Part shown: piece after piece, positions 12,869-26,869 of the stretch
How the letters are laid out: every line of letters begins with the position of its first letter
Numbering within the stretch: position 1 is the stretch's first letter
Assembly (NCBI GenBank): GCA_964016885.1
Contig: OZ024742.1
Span: 91,326,001-91,390,000, forward strand
DNA length: 64,000 nt
Origin: Eledone cirrhosa
Taxonomy: Eukaryota
Reading direction: 5' to 3'
Notes under the pieces: generated by a model
The model's database searches: none
Seen by the model: the letters and a program-made list of their open reading frames with translations, nothing else
Told to the model about the DNA's origin: nothing
Program-made: the position numbers and the translations under genes

Positions 12869-13665
12869 GAAAAGAATGAAACGAAATTTCATTTCTCACT
12901 CTTAGTACGGCTGATACCTAAATATAAGTATGTATACGTACACACATATATGTGTACAGACACTCAGTAGTATATATATATATATATATATATATACATA
13001 CATGCACACACACATATATATATATGTACGTATGGGTTTACCGAACATTTATTATAATGCTCGGTGTGTTTGTAAACAAACAGCCCGAATTACGCCGTAC
13101 AGTGCTCGGCAACCATCCTCGCCCTTTTCTTCAACACTGACACAGGAACGATGTACTAGTTTCAAGCTTATTAGCTATCGTCAGCATCGTATACCTTTCT
13201 GTCAGATGATTGAACGTCTGAAAGTATATACTTTTCTTATGCATATTAACGGCTGGGCAGCCTAATTTGCATATCGAGTGAGTTAGTCGGCCGGGCATAC
13301 CGAAAACGATAAATGGAAAAGAATGAAACGAAATTTCATTTCTCACTCCTAGTACGGCTGTTACTTAAATATAAATATGTATACGTACATACATATATGT
13401 ATACAGACGTACAGTAGTATGTATATATATATACATACATGCACACATATATATATGTACGTATGGGTTTACCGAACATTTATTATAATGTTCGGTTTGT
13501 TTGTACGTATACATGAGTTCCAGCAATAGCTGGAATAAATGTTCGGTAAACACATACGTACATATATATATGTGTGCATATATGTATATATATACATACT
13601 ACTGTGCGTCTGTACACATATATGTATGTACGTATACATACTTATATTTAGGTATCAGCCGTCTA
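12866..13665 (-). repeat. Pseudo-LTR complex (partial tandem plus inverted copies) at the 3' end of the PLE
   Basis: Direct repeats at about 12866-13075 and 13314-13505, inverted copy at about 13533-13662, hammerhead motif inside. Confidence 0.7.
13148..13190 (-). ncRNA. Minimal type I hammerhead ribozyme
   Basis: Minus strand acgatg-CTGACGA-tagctaataagctt-GAAA-ctag-TA-catcgt: 6-bp stem I, palindromic ACTAGT helix III, intact core. Confidence 0.8.
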
Positions 13666-13699
13666 ACAGGCCGAGTACCGTTTGTAAGTGCGCAAACGA

Positions 13700-16477
13700 T
13701 CTTAGCTGTCTAACTACCTGAGTGTGTGATTGTCTGTTTTTTGCTAATTGAGAGAACTCTATGGCTAAGGTAGAGAGGGAGGAGTTAGTGGTAGGTTAAT
13801 TTCCAAAAATCCTGCGGAAGGTTTTCAAGGTTCTATGTTGGCAGTTGCTGAAAAAAATCCGCTCTCCTATTGATTAATAAGGGGCCGCCTCTAATAATAT
13901 TAAAGGTTTCAGCTATACATAAATTACAGACGCCAGTGCTGCCGTTATATGGCTGGGCTGAGCAAATTATGGACCAGGATAAGGGGTGCTCTATATTCTG
14001 TTGTTTAAGCTTCCAGATTAATTCAGAAAGCGCCGTGATATTTTTTTATCTAATCTATTAAAGGTATGGCGGTGATTATACCATCTATCATTAAATTCAG
14101 TGGCAGTTGCCCCAACATACCTGAAGGTTCTATCTAAAGTGGAGACCTTACAGTCGTAAACTATGTTTTTGGTGAGGCATTTCCCAGCCATGGGGCAAGT
14201 GGCGGTGTTCCTGCAATTACATTTTCTGTTATCGACCTGGGTAGTTCCAGAGCAACCACGGTACCTCTGGGGTCGAGTCTCAGTTCTTGTCTGCTCTACG
14301 GGTAAGTTCCCAGGGGTTGGGGTGACCCGACTCGCCTCACGTGTATGAGTCCGTTCATCCATAGAGCTGCCATTAGTTCTGCCATGTCTCATCCCGCCTA
14401 GTCTACTATAATTCATCTTAGCTATATTCTGAGCTATGTTACTGGTTGTGGAGTAGGACAGCTTGATGGTATTCCTATTTATAGTATCTGTGTGATCTAG
14501 GGAAGCATTTGTCTAAGGCCCTAAAGAAAAGCTTAGCTATACTAGTGGTCAGGCCAGTGGAGTAGGGGGGGGGGTGTTATACCACAGGATTTTTCTGCTC
14601 CGATGCCTCTTGTTCTTACTATTTATACTAGAGTTACCTGTCTCCTTAGTTGCTACTGGTCTATTATAACTGAAAACTGCCTGTGGGTCGATGGCGTCCT
14701 GGGCTGTCCCGATTGTGTTCGGAATCGTCCCAAGTCTCCGGTGCTGCTATTGGGACTACCCTCGATAGCCGGGGTTATATCCATTATGCGCCTGCTACAT
14801 TTATCCCTATTCCCTCTACCCGACCCTCGTTCCATTTTACGTTCAACGGTTGTTTTATCAGTTCTACAATTAAGGTTGCAATTAGAGTTTCCGCTGGCAT
14901 TACGGTGCTCAGACCCCGTTTTTGTACCTGGGTGATTGTTTCCATTGGTACCATCGACATTGGGACTAGGAGGCAATACAACATGAAGTCTATATTGATC
15001 CTTCCTGCATCCCGCCTGCTGTTAACTAAAGTGTCACTATTTTGGCCTAAGCTATCGCAGGCAATAATATGCTACTACTATTTAATGGACTGAGATTCCC
15101 TCGCTATGCCCCGCGCGTTCCAGGGCGCTATTATAGTAATTTGAGATCCTATCAAAGGTATCTTCATTGGAAGATAGTCCTGAAATTCTACTAGAGACGC
15201 TTTTGGTAATACCGTTAGTGACTATTCTAGGGTGGTTCGATTTTGCGTTGACATAATTTAAATTCTCGTTGGGTTTGTGGTAGGGTTGGAAGAATCCTGA
15301 ATTGAGGTTAAGTGTAACATCTAGAAAATTAACTATCTTCAGGTTTTTCTTCAAACACTATACTTAGGTCTATGTTGTTGAAGAATTTGCTTAGTTTTTT
15401 CCTCACACTGTCTACCATACTATTATTATGGAACGACACAGTAAACAAAACGTCATCACGGTAAGCGCCACCTACCAAGTGGGGCATTTCCGAGACAGTT
15501 GAGGAAGTAAAGGTCCACCAGATCCGTCACCTGGGCCGAGTCGGTGGATCCCATGGTGATGTCGAAATTATCCGGCCAATCTTTCCTGGTCCACAAGTCA
15601 CCGCTGAACTCAATTAAGGTTTTCCTAGCTAGGAGAATAATGTTAATTTCTTCAGATGTAAGGTCGGTGTGTAAGCTAGCAAAGTTTAGGGCCTTACCTA
15701 GAAGAGTTGGAGAGATCGAAGAGTAGTAGTTAGAGATATCGAACTGTATATACTTAGTGCTATTCTTATTCTGCGATTTCTCAAACCAGTTAATTACCTC
15801 ACTAGTTCCTGACCATAATTTAAACTTCGATCTCCTAACTAGAGTGGGGATTATTTTATCAAGGATGTTTTTACTCACGATTCCTATGTCCGACTTCGAA
15901 GGGGATATCAGCCTGACAGGTCTTGATGATTCAAAGTTTAATTTGTGGTCTTTCAATAAAATCCTCGGAATTCTAGGATGGAAGGGTTCGGTTTTATCTT
16001 CAATACCCAGTTTAGTCATGACGCTATTGGCCTCCGTGTTGATTAAATCCAGGTTGGCCCGTGTAGGTTTTTTTGTAGCTTTTTCTAAGTTTTCTGATTA
16101 TCAAGTCGTCATAGGTTACTCTATCCATATCGTACAGGTTGTTAGTTTTATCTGCGTGCACCAGGATGTCGGTCGAGTTCCTTAGTTTTCCTAGATCACC
16201 GTTCAGTCGTCTTAAGTAGCTTTTTCCCCTGAGTGGGTTTTTCCTAAACTTAAGGTTGGACACTATGTTAGACATTTCAGTCTCGAATTCCTCCAGGTAC
16301 TTATTGTGCGGTGGGTTTCTTCTGGATTTGAATTTTCCCTCGATGCCGCACGTTCCCTCTCTGGGGTGGTTTGTTGATGTTCCTCTGTCGAAGTGGAAGG
16401 CCTTCCAACGCATTATACGGACAAAGGAGTCCGATTTACCTATGCCCAACCTAGTGAATTCGTTCATGCTATATATA

Positions 16478-16482
<5 letters not shown>
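13700..16482 (-). mobile_element. Near full-length decayed Penelope-like retroelement (RT plus C-terminal GIY-YIG endonuclease)
   Basis: Frameshifted ORFs with RIMRWKA, ADKTNNLY, KDHK..RLISPSKS, FDISNYYSSI, FDITMGS, YRDD (about 15450-15465), VNFLDV, SNHP, WYN(PP), CNC..CP...CL..IVY..YVGAT..R..NH. Confidence 0.9.
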
Positions 16483-16534
<52 letters not shown>

Positions 16535-16540
<6 letters not shown>

Positions 16541-16929
16541 GATATTAATAAATGGAAAATATATTTATAAAACCATTTTTATTTCATTATACATATTTCA
16601 AGGATACCAAGTTAAACCATGGTATGCCTTCATCAGACAAAATACAATATATAACAGTTTTATAAATAGACATTGACGTACCCTTTCAAAAAGTGACGCT
16701 TGCTTTTGGAGGCCATCATTTTGGAGGCCATTGTATTTTGTCTGATGAAGGCATACCATGGTTTAACTTGGTATCCTTGAAATATGTATAATGAAATAAA
16801 TATGGTTTTATAAATATAGTTTCCATTTATTAATATCGTATATCTACTCCAAATATTTGTCGAGTGCTTTATATCAGTTATAAAAATATTTGCTTGTTGT
16901 ATCCCAACAATTTAAATAGAACTTTTGCA

Positions 16930-16930
<1 letters not shown>
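16535..16930 (+). mobile_element. Fold-back mini-element with two opposing complete hammerhead motifs
   Basis: 114-bp inverted arms 16535-16648 and 16730-16843, unique tail to about 16930, flanked by (TA)n. Confidence 0.75.
16734..16798 (+). ncRNA. Type I hammerhead ribozyme motif (mirror copy at 16580-16644, minus strand)
   Basis: tattttgt-CTGATGA-aggcatacca...tggtatcctt-GAAA-tatgta-TA-atgaaata. Confidence 0.7.
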
Positions 16931-18208
<1,278 letters not shown>

Positions 18209-18710
18209 ATTTGCCACGCACCTTACACTCAATTTACAGACTTTATATGTACAGTATATCATTTATATTTATATAATTTATTTGTTGTTCCTTTGATTTC
18301 AGATCATTGACTACATTGTTGTAACCTAATGTGCCATACAGGGAAATTTCGTTCCCAATTAAGTCAACCATGGTGTGAGCGGTATCATAGAGTCACTCTC
18401 ATAACTTTCTCATACACCCAACAAACTTCAATTTCAGCTACCACTGTTTAGATCCAACGCTTATCGGGCGCCATACTTTTTCTATGTTTTGTTTGTTACA
18501 TTTTAACCTTCGTTGTGACTTGTTTCTCTTTCTTTTACACTGCGTAATAAGAATGGTGCTTTCATAAAACAATGTCATATATATCCTTATAAAATATATA
18601 TTCTTCATTTTATACACACATACATGCACATACATATACTTAATGCGTATATATATGAGTCTGTGTGTGGGAAATGAAGTCGATGGTGGAGGCGTATCTC
18701 TCTTTCTCTG

Positions 18711-18745
<35 letters not shown>

Positions 18746-19268
18746 AAGTGTTAAAACGATCAAACTTTAGTTTAGAACATTTATTAGCTGACAATTGTTT
18801 CTTCCAGGGGGAAGTCTGGAATCATCGGAGCATAAGGAGTGTCGAAAACGTGTAACTAGAATCCTAGTCATTTAGGGCACATAGTTGTTATTAGTGTCAA
18901 AGGCATCATGTGGAGATTCAGGAGTTAAAAAGATGTTCCGCTTGAAATAACACAATTACAGGGAGCACTGGTTGGAAGTGTAATAGGTATAAGTAAAAGT
19001 AAAAAGCACAAACAAAAAAACACAGGGAAAGAAGTTATAAGCAAGGACAATTGGTGTACAATGCAGGAGTCAATACAGTCAATAATGCATGTATGAGGAA
19101 AGAGTTATAATGCAGTTGAAATAAATATATTTTGTGTGGGGTGTTAAAGCATGTTATATTTGTTATAAACGTTTAAGATAGTGTGCAATTTGTTAGAGAG
19201 GCATGTGGTGATAATGTAGGTATTTTTATGTAAGGTGTAATGTAAAGCACTAGATAGAGTTCGGTATA

Positions 19269-19329
<61 letters not shown>

Positions 19330-19466
19330 ATGTATAGAAGGAGCTTCTACAGGACTAGTACTGTTTCATTCAGATGAAATCTTCAGGAAGCGCCATGTAT
19401 TGAGTACCTTACTTACTGTGGTTATCCCCGACTCAACCCGGGACCTACGTATATATATATATATAT

Positions 19467-20266
19467 ATGATAATAATGATGGCTGCGCGTTGCAAATGGT
19501 GGTGCATATGAAAAAGTAAGTCCTTCATCAGTGACCCTCCAACCGTCCCAGGCATTTCATCGCTTTAAGGGCCATATACCTCAGGTTGGTGCGAACAACG
19601 GCTAAAAAAAGTCGTTGGGACACGTAAATAAATGGGACGTTAGGGTAACAAACAAAATGGTTTAAGCAACGGAAAGTGAGAAGAAATAGACAAGTCCCAG
19701 ATCTCTATGAATATAAACTCGGTGAAATCGTGAACAAGAGACAAAAGACCATCAAACCTGGTTGAAATGTGAGCAAGGAAGGAATTTCGCACAAGTCTAA
19801 CGGGGGGAAGAAGAAGAAGAAGAAGAAGAAGAAGAAGAAGAAGAAGAAGAAGAAGAAGAAGAAGAAGAAGAAGAAGAAGGGGTCTGGTCTACGAATTCGG
19901 TAAACATAAGTTTTGTGAAGTCGCAGACGAAAGAGAGAGAGAGAAAAAAATTTCATACCGGCTTGACCAAGAACGCGCGAGAAAAGAATTACACACAGGT
20001 CAAACTTGAAGGAAGAGGAGGAAAGAGGAGGAGGAGAGGTAGTGACAGAGAATGAGTGAGTGAAAGTTGAGGAGGAGGCTAACAGAGAGAGAGACTGCTA
20101 GAAAGGGTAAAAGGTACAAAGAACGAAACAGACGGGTAGCAGAAGAAGAAAAATTATGTGTAAATATGATAATAATGATGGCTGCGCGTTGCAAATGGTG
20201 GTGCATATGAAAAAGTAAGTCCTTCATCAGTGACCCTCCAACCGTCCCAGGCATTTCATCACTTTA
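19467..20266. mobile_element. Non-coding 0.8-kb element with 101-bp direct terminal repeats, inserted in (TA)n
   Basis: 19467-19567 equals 20166-20266 with 1 mismatch. Internal (GAA)n at about 19808-19878. Confidence 0.7.
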
Positions 20267-20299
20267 TATATATATATATATATATCAATGATGCGAAAG

Positions 20300-20760
20300 C
20301 CGAGCCACTCAACTTCTAAAGGAAGCCTGCACAGTGCACTCTACATGTAAATGAAGTTCCATTGAAGCAAGTAGAGTAGTTCAAGTATCTCAGGGCTGTG
20401 TTCACGAGTGGTGGAAGGTAGGACGTTGAATTAAATGAAGATCAGAGAGTCACTCCAGGTAAAGCCGCTACTTTTCTAAATTGAGATATCACAGCTCCGA
20501 TACTATGGGCATGTGCTTAGAATGTCTCAGGAAAGAACCGCTGGACTGGTTTTACGAGCAAAACCAACAGGTCAGGCAAAAGACCCAGCGGTAGCCCCCG
20601 AGCAAGATGGTAGGATAATATCTATGGGCTTGGCTGATCTCGCTTGGGGATCCAACCGGATAAGTTGGAAACGATTGCTTCTAACAGGACCCGCTGGAAG
20701 GAGTGTTTGAGGACTCTGATCCCACGACCCTCTCAGTAATATGTGGGCGACGAATAAGAT
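20300..20760 (+). mobile_element. Decayed RTE-type LINE 3' fragment
   Basis: Encodes LKQVE*FKYLRAVF, GHVLRMSQER and KPTG..RP-like motifs. Confidence 0.55.
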
Positions 20761-22249
20761 ATATCTCTTCTCTCACTTTTGCTTTTGTTCGATGGTACTG
20801 GGTTCATCCTAGATCAGCGAACCAGAGGCGTAAAACTGACCAGGTACACTAGTGCCCTCACTCGCTGGCGTTCTTATGCCAGCCCATTTGCATTCTTCGT
20901 GGGGTGAGGTCTGCCGTGGGGACTTTTCCAGCTTGCGTGTGTGTGTGTTTGCAAGCGCGCAAGCACCCACATGTTTGAATGCATTTTTAACGATAGTGAT
21001 GTTCTAAAATTCAAACGTCGGTATTCACTATAAATTCAACAAATTTTAATTTGTTACACTGCCTATTCTAATTATCCCCCAAATGATGTTTGATCTGCTC
21101 GATAGAATAGTCAGATTTCCGCTAACAAATTCTCCACTGTATATCCTATCTTCATTGTAAATAACATTTCGCTTTCTTAATAGATTGATGATATATAATT
21201 TCAATATGCAATGGAATTCTTAAGCATTGGGTATCCTTTAATTAGCTGGCATTTTCTTTTCTCCGTTTAATGGCGCAAATCTATTCTGGGATAGGACCTT
21301 CATTAATATCACGGAATATACTCAGATTTAAAACTGCTTGTTGAATTGAGTCAATATGTAATGGAGTGTGAGTCACATAGCTCACTAGGTCTTTTGAACA
21401 CAGGGGAAAAGATTTTGACTTCATATAGCGTTTGTGTGCGGTGCAGCTCTGTCGATCTCGACAGTGAATTTACTAGCTGTTTGAACAGCGCAACACCTGG
21501 TTTGTGAAAACGTGCACGTGATTGGCCATTCCACATACACGTGCATCATTAACGTGATTGTCATGGAGATTCAAAGTGACACAGTGTTTGATATGATTGG
21601 CTTTTGAATTACAGAAAGAACTCATTATTGCCAGATGTGTAGACTGGATCAACGCAAAATAAAGTGCCTTGCCCAAAGACAATTCGCAGTCATTACCTTC
21701 GATCGTGAACCGCACACTCTAACCATTTAGCCACTGCCTTCACTAACGACACATCTCGCTTCAACCAACATTAACTTAACTGCGATGACTATCGTCATCA
21801 CCTCGGCCACAACATCTCATACAAATAATTTACTCAGGTAATTTTATGGGGATCTATTTGTAACTTACGATCTATAAGTGAATATGAAATTTACGTTTAT
21901 CACAAGTTTATTTTCCAATCAACGCTGAATACCTGTCTAAGACATTAAAAAGTGAAACACGTTAGAGATTAACGCAGTAAAATGATGAAGCAGTAACATG
22001 GTAATACTGCATACTAAATAGTTATTACTTTACACAAATACCTTGACCAATTGGTATAATCAAGAACTTGACTAGCGAAAAAATGCAAAAGCTAATATAC
22101 AAATTTCTCCTGCGCAGATATTAGCTATAAGTTAATCGGATCAACAAAGGAATCTGTTTCTCTATAAATGTTCTAATTGCTAGGTTTTAAGTCTGTCTCG
22201 ATCTCGGGGTATCATCACTTGTACCAATCATCACTTGTACCAATTTCCA

Positions 22250-22460
22250 TGGCGTTAAACAACAGAGCATAAGACAGCATGCCAGTTCATCGCCGGATTA
22301 AACGCCCAGCTATTGCTGGAACTCATTTTAAGAATATACTGGAGCAATTTGAAATGAAGTGTTTTGCTCAAGAACACAACACACAATCCAGTCAAGGAAT
22401 CGAAACAACGGCGTTATTATCGTAAGTCCAACACACTCACCTCTAGGCCATGCGCCGCCA
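22250..22460 (-). mobile_element. Older tRNA-derived SINE (family B-like)
   Basis: Minus strand GGCGCATGGCCTAG..TTCGATTCC..TGTGTTCTTGAGCAAAACACTT. Confidence 0.6.
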
Positions 22461-22699
22461 CCTAACTATATATGTATAAGGAAAATGATAAAAAGAAGGG
22501 TTCAAAAAGCGCACCTGATATATAGATAAAAAGGATCTTTATAACTGATTTTCGACCACATTGTTTTCCAATGTGGTCAAAATTCAGCATGCAGGAGTTT
22601 TAACGAAAAACAATTTAACCTAATACCAAATGTTTTGAAGATCCAAAATGGAAAATCAGGTTTTGTTAACATCAAACTTTATACACGTTATAAAGATAC

Positions 22700-22760
<61 letters not shown>

Positions 22761-22903
22761 GTACCAGGTGCGCTTTCGATCCCTTTTTAAAATAATTTTC
22801 CTTATATATAGAGAACGTTTTCTAACGTACACAATTTTTTACCTACATATATATGCATATATATATATATATATATATGACAAGTAAGTATGTTTTGAAA
22901 TGC

Positions 22904-22940
<37 letters not shown>

Positions 22941-23861
22941 CATACATACACGTATATACACGTATATACACGACATACACGTATATACATACAAATATGC
23001 ACACACATATATTCATACATATACATACACATATATACATACATATATATATATATGTCCTCGGGAAATTATAAATAAATAATGTTTTAGTATTTGAACC
23101 CGACCAATTAATACGCTAATTTCCGCATGTGCGACATATACTTTTTATATATTATTTCTATTTTTATATAATATATCTCTACATAAAACGCTAACCACCA
23201 GATTTCCAAATTCCATTCACAAGGTATTAGATAACCCAAATCTATAGTAGAAGGCATTTGCTCAAATTGCTGCACAGTAGAACTGAACCCAGAACCCTTT
23301 GGTTCTCAGTTCAGTTTCTCTGACTTTCTTAATGCTTGTGTGTATGTGAGTGAAAACCTATCCATATGCGTATCCTACTTGCTTAAATGTGTATATATCT
23401 GTTAGACATGTTTGAAATAAGCAAAACATTACAATATTAGTTATTACTGATAAAATGTAACTTTTTAAAAAATCTTTAATAAATACCAATTTTCTTTCAA
23501 ATTATCTTTTCTACATTTCTGCCGAATAGTCAAATTTTGATACAAAAAAATCTTGAGAAAAATCCTTTCAAAACATTCAAAGAGAAGGCAAGTTAAATGT
23601 TATACTTAAACCTGAAGCATTAAAAAACTAACTAGAAAAATATTAAAGAATAATATTTTTCAATGACTAGTATTGATTGCATCTGAAATATAAGAAAAGA
23701 ATCGACTGAATAAAGCAAACAACACTGAAATAAACCTTGCATTGGTTGATACTGTCAACTGATTAATCTGAAAATATAAAAATAAACAACGAGAAGAAAA
23801 GTAGACGATACACATTTAAAACTTGAAAGATTCTAATTAGTTTTTAAGATTGCATCTGTTC

Positions 23862-23898
<37 letters not shown>

Positions 23899-23964
23899 TA
23901 AATGTATATATATATATATGTGTGTGTGTGTCTCTGTGTGTGTATATATATATATATATATACA

Positions 23965-25410
23965 CACAGAAACAAAAGAAATTGCTCATTAAAGGGAAAT
24001 TGTCTTATTAATAACATAGTCTATAAATGTAAAGTTAGCACTAAGGACGCCACTTATTCATATATAGGAGCTACGTCTAACCAATTTAAAGTAAGATTTA
24101 ATACCCACAAACAGTTTTTAAAATGCCGCATTAGCTAATACAACATCATTGGCTGAAACAATTAATAATTATAGAAAAAAGAATATCGATTACAACCTGA
24201 CCTGGAGTGTGCTCAAAAGGGCCACCCCTTATCAAAATAACAGATATGTAGATTATGTTCCCAGGAACTTTTTGAAATAATGAAATCTAAGGATATCCTA
24301 TTAAATAACCGACAAGAATTAATTATATCTTGCAATCATAGAATTAGAAGAACCTTCAAATATTATAAACCTAATTAATATACACCTTACACTTATATTT
24401 TACATATTATTATAATTAGTTTTTTTTATTTAGTTAACCTATAATTAGTACTTTACTACAGAGAACTTCATAATTTTATTTCCCTCTTACAGCTCTCTTT
24501 TCCTAAAATTAATACCTAAAATTATACATATAAATTAATTTAATTTCCTGTTATGAATCTAGATTCCTTGTAGTTTATATAAGATTGGTATTTCTCACTA
24601 CTACCCTTATCCCAAAATTTAATTTTCCTTCGTTTTTAACAACATTCTTTAATAACATCTAATTCTTATTTATCACATCCATATGAATTAATATAAATTT
24701 ATCCCTATAAGTATACCTATCAATTAATTTATTTTCTTGTTATAGATCTAAATTCCTTGTGGTTTAAATAAGATTGGCATTTCTCACTAATACCCTTACC
24801 CTAAAATTTAACTCTCCTTCGTTTTTAACATTATTCTTTAATAACATCAAATTTTTGTGTACTCTTCACCGGCTTGACCTCTTTTCATCCCAAAGTATTA
24901 TTTTCATTCAAAGTATTCTTTCCATTCAAAACATAAGTCTGCATTCCTCTACCCCTAAATTAAATTTCTACTACTACTATTCTATCAACTTGACCTCTTA
25001 CTACTTTTATATTGGTCAATTCAAAACCTGTTCCCAAACAGACCTATTATATTAAATCTTTGTTGGGTTTTTTTCAATAAACAAATCTCATCATTTCTGA
25101 AGACAGCATATATATGTGAAGGTATGTGTATTTCCTCTGATAGTTTGGTAATATTTTTACATAGATATATATGATATACATACCAACACATATATATCCT
25201 AGAAACGATCGAAAATGATGAATTTTTTAATATAAGGAACTTGTTCTTTTTTTTATTCATTGTTTTTATTAATTTATCTTCACTCTGTTTTTCCTATGAT
25301 TTTCATCGAAACTTTTTGAATGCATCTTCTCTTTTCATGATATTTGGATTACATTGAGTTCTTCATACGGATTGGACACTACCGTATATTTTGGTAGATT
25401 TATCTATCTA
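23965..25410 (+). mobile_element. 3' part of a PLE: GIY-YIG endonuclease remnant plus 3' UTR/pseudo-LTR
   Basis: CSLKGNCLINNIVYKCKV..YIGATSNQFKVRFNTH, an internal ~100-bp duplication (about 24560/24750), a hammerhead-like motif at 25089-25220, and terminus TACGGATTGGACACTACCGTA also seen at about 4276-4296. Confidence 0.75.
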
Positions 25411-25496
25411 TCTATATATATGTGAGTCTGTTTATGTCTTTATACGCGTGCACACACTCACACACGCACACACACACACATATAAATTAATAATAA

Positions 25497-25683
25497 TAAT
25501 AATTGTTTCTACTTTTGGCACAAGGCCAGCAATTATTCCAGTACATTACTGGTACTTTATTTTATCGACCCTGTAAGGATGAAAGGCAAAGTTAACCTCA
25601 GCTGGATTTGAACTCAGATCGTAAAGGGACGTAACTATGCTGGAAAGCATGTCCGACCCTCTACCGATACTGCCAATTCACCG
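25497..25683 (-). mobile_element. SINE family A copy
   Basis: Family motifs present. Confidence 0.85.
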
Positions 25684-25697
25684 AATAATAATAATGA

Positions 25698-26663
25698 TTT
25701 CATTTATTAGCCACAAGGGCCGACATGTAGGGGACAATATAAAGACAGGAACAGTGGGGGTTTACAATAAGGTCGAGTAAAAGTGCACAATGGCAAGACT
25801 AATTTAACAATGTAGATATAAAAAATATAAAATAAACCATGCATAAATATGACAAAATAAATTCGCCGAAAGGGGGTGGACGACCCTAGGGTGACTCAGT
25901 TACCCCACCAATCCTAAACCACCCTGCGCTTCTAGGGCACCCAGGGAGAGCACCCTTCCTCAAGTTAGCTAGCCTATAGGCGCATGTAGGCGCATTCACA
26001 CGGGCCATTCTCGCCACATTCATCCACCTTTTAGCAAATGTACTGGGGGGCAGCACTTCTCTCTCAACCGTCACCTTCTTTTCCAGGTGAAACTTGAAGA
26101 AGTTGATGAGGAATTGGCCGAAGAGAAAAGTGTCTGTCTTTAGTCCTTTTAATCTGGTCCACCATTATAACCACTTTCGCAACCACCAGACAGAGGAAAA
26201 TTTCCTGCTCTTCCTGGCCTAAGGAAAGCGGCGGGTCGATCTTCATTATGGACTCGGCTGATAGCCGGATTCGTTCCACACGCGACAGTAGCTGTTCGAC
26301 ATAACTCCACAAGTCAGTAATGCACGGACATTGGACAAGTGCGTGCAGAATGGTTTCGTCGCTTTGTGCGCATCTTGGGCAGGTCCGTCTGACAGCACTT
26401 GCGTGCCTCTAGAGTTTATCCCGAACCGGCAGTGCCCCCGGTAGCACTGCGAAGCCAGGGATTTCTGGAAATTGTCCATCGTCCCCGGCTCGAAAGTCCC
26501 CCGGTACAGACTGGTCAGTTCGACTTCGTCGAGGCCCAAAGCTTCTCCGAGTGCGTCATCGCACTTGCCCACCACTAATCCTCTATAGAACTCGAGAGTG
26601 GAAGTTCCACTGATCGCATTGCCCGCTTGGTAGAGGGCAGTGAGTGCCTGGCAACATTCCAGG
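25698..26663 (-). mobile_element. 3' fragment of an L1/Tx1-like LINE ORF2
   Basis: GC-richer broken ORFs with MWSYVEQLL.., FLCLV..AK and F.KRW C-terminal motifs. 3' end CCCTTGTGGCTAATAAA is shared with 38010-38490. Confidence 0.6.
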
Positions 26664-26869
26664 TAATAATAATAATAAAAAGGACGATTTGTTGTCTTCT
26701 TTACGTTTATTGAATAGTGACGCGCGTTTCGCTATTGATCAGCTAAAGTTTCGATCTGTATTGATCTAGCCCGATTCTGGAATCGAAATCTCGTCGGACT
26801 TCTGTTGTGGTAATGACAGAATGAAGCTCTGAGGGCTTTGAAATAGTATATAACGATTCACATTCATTT

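Noticed and set aside
19505-19567. SECIS, C/D snoRNA or complete hammerhead in the direct repeat
   Set aside because: ATGA and CTGATGA are present on the minus strand, but there is no apical AA loop, terminal stem or correctly placed GAAA
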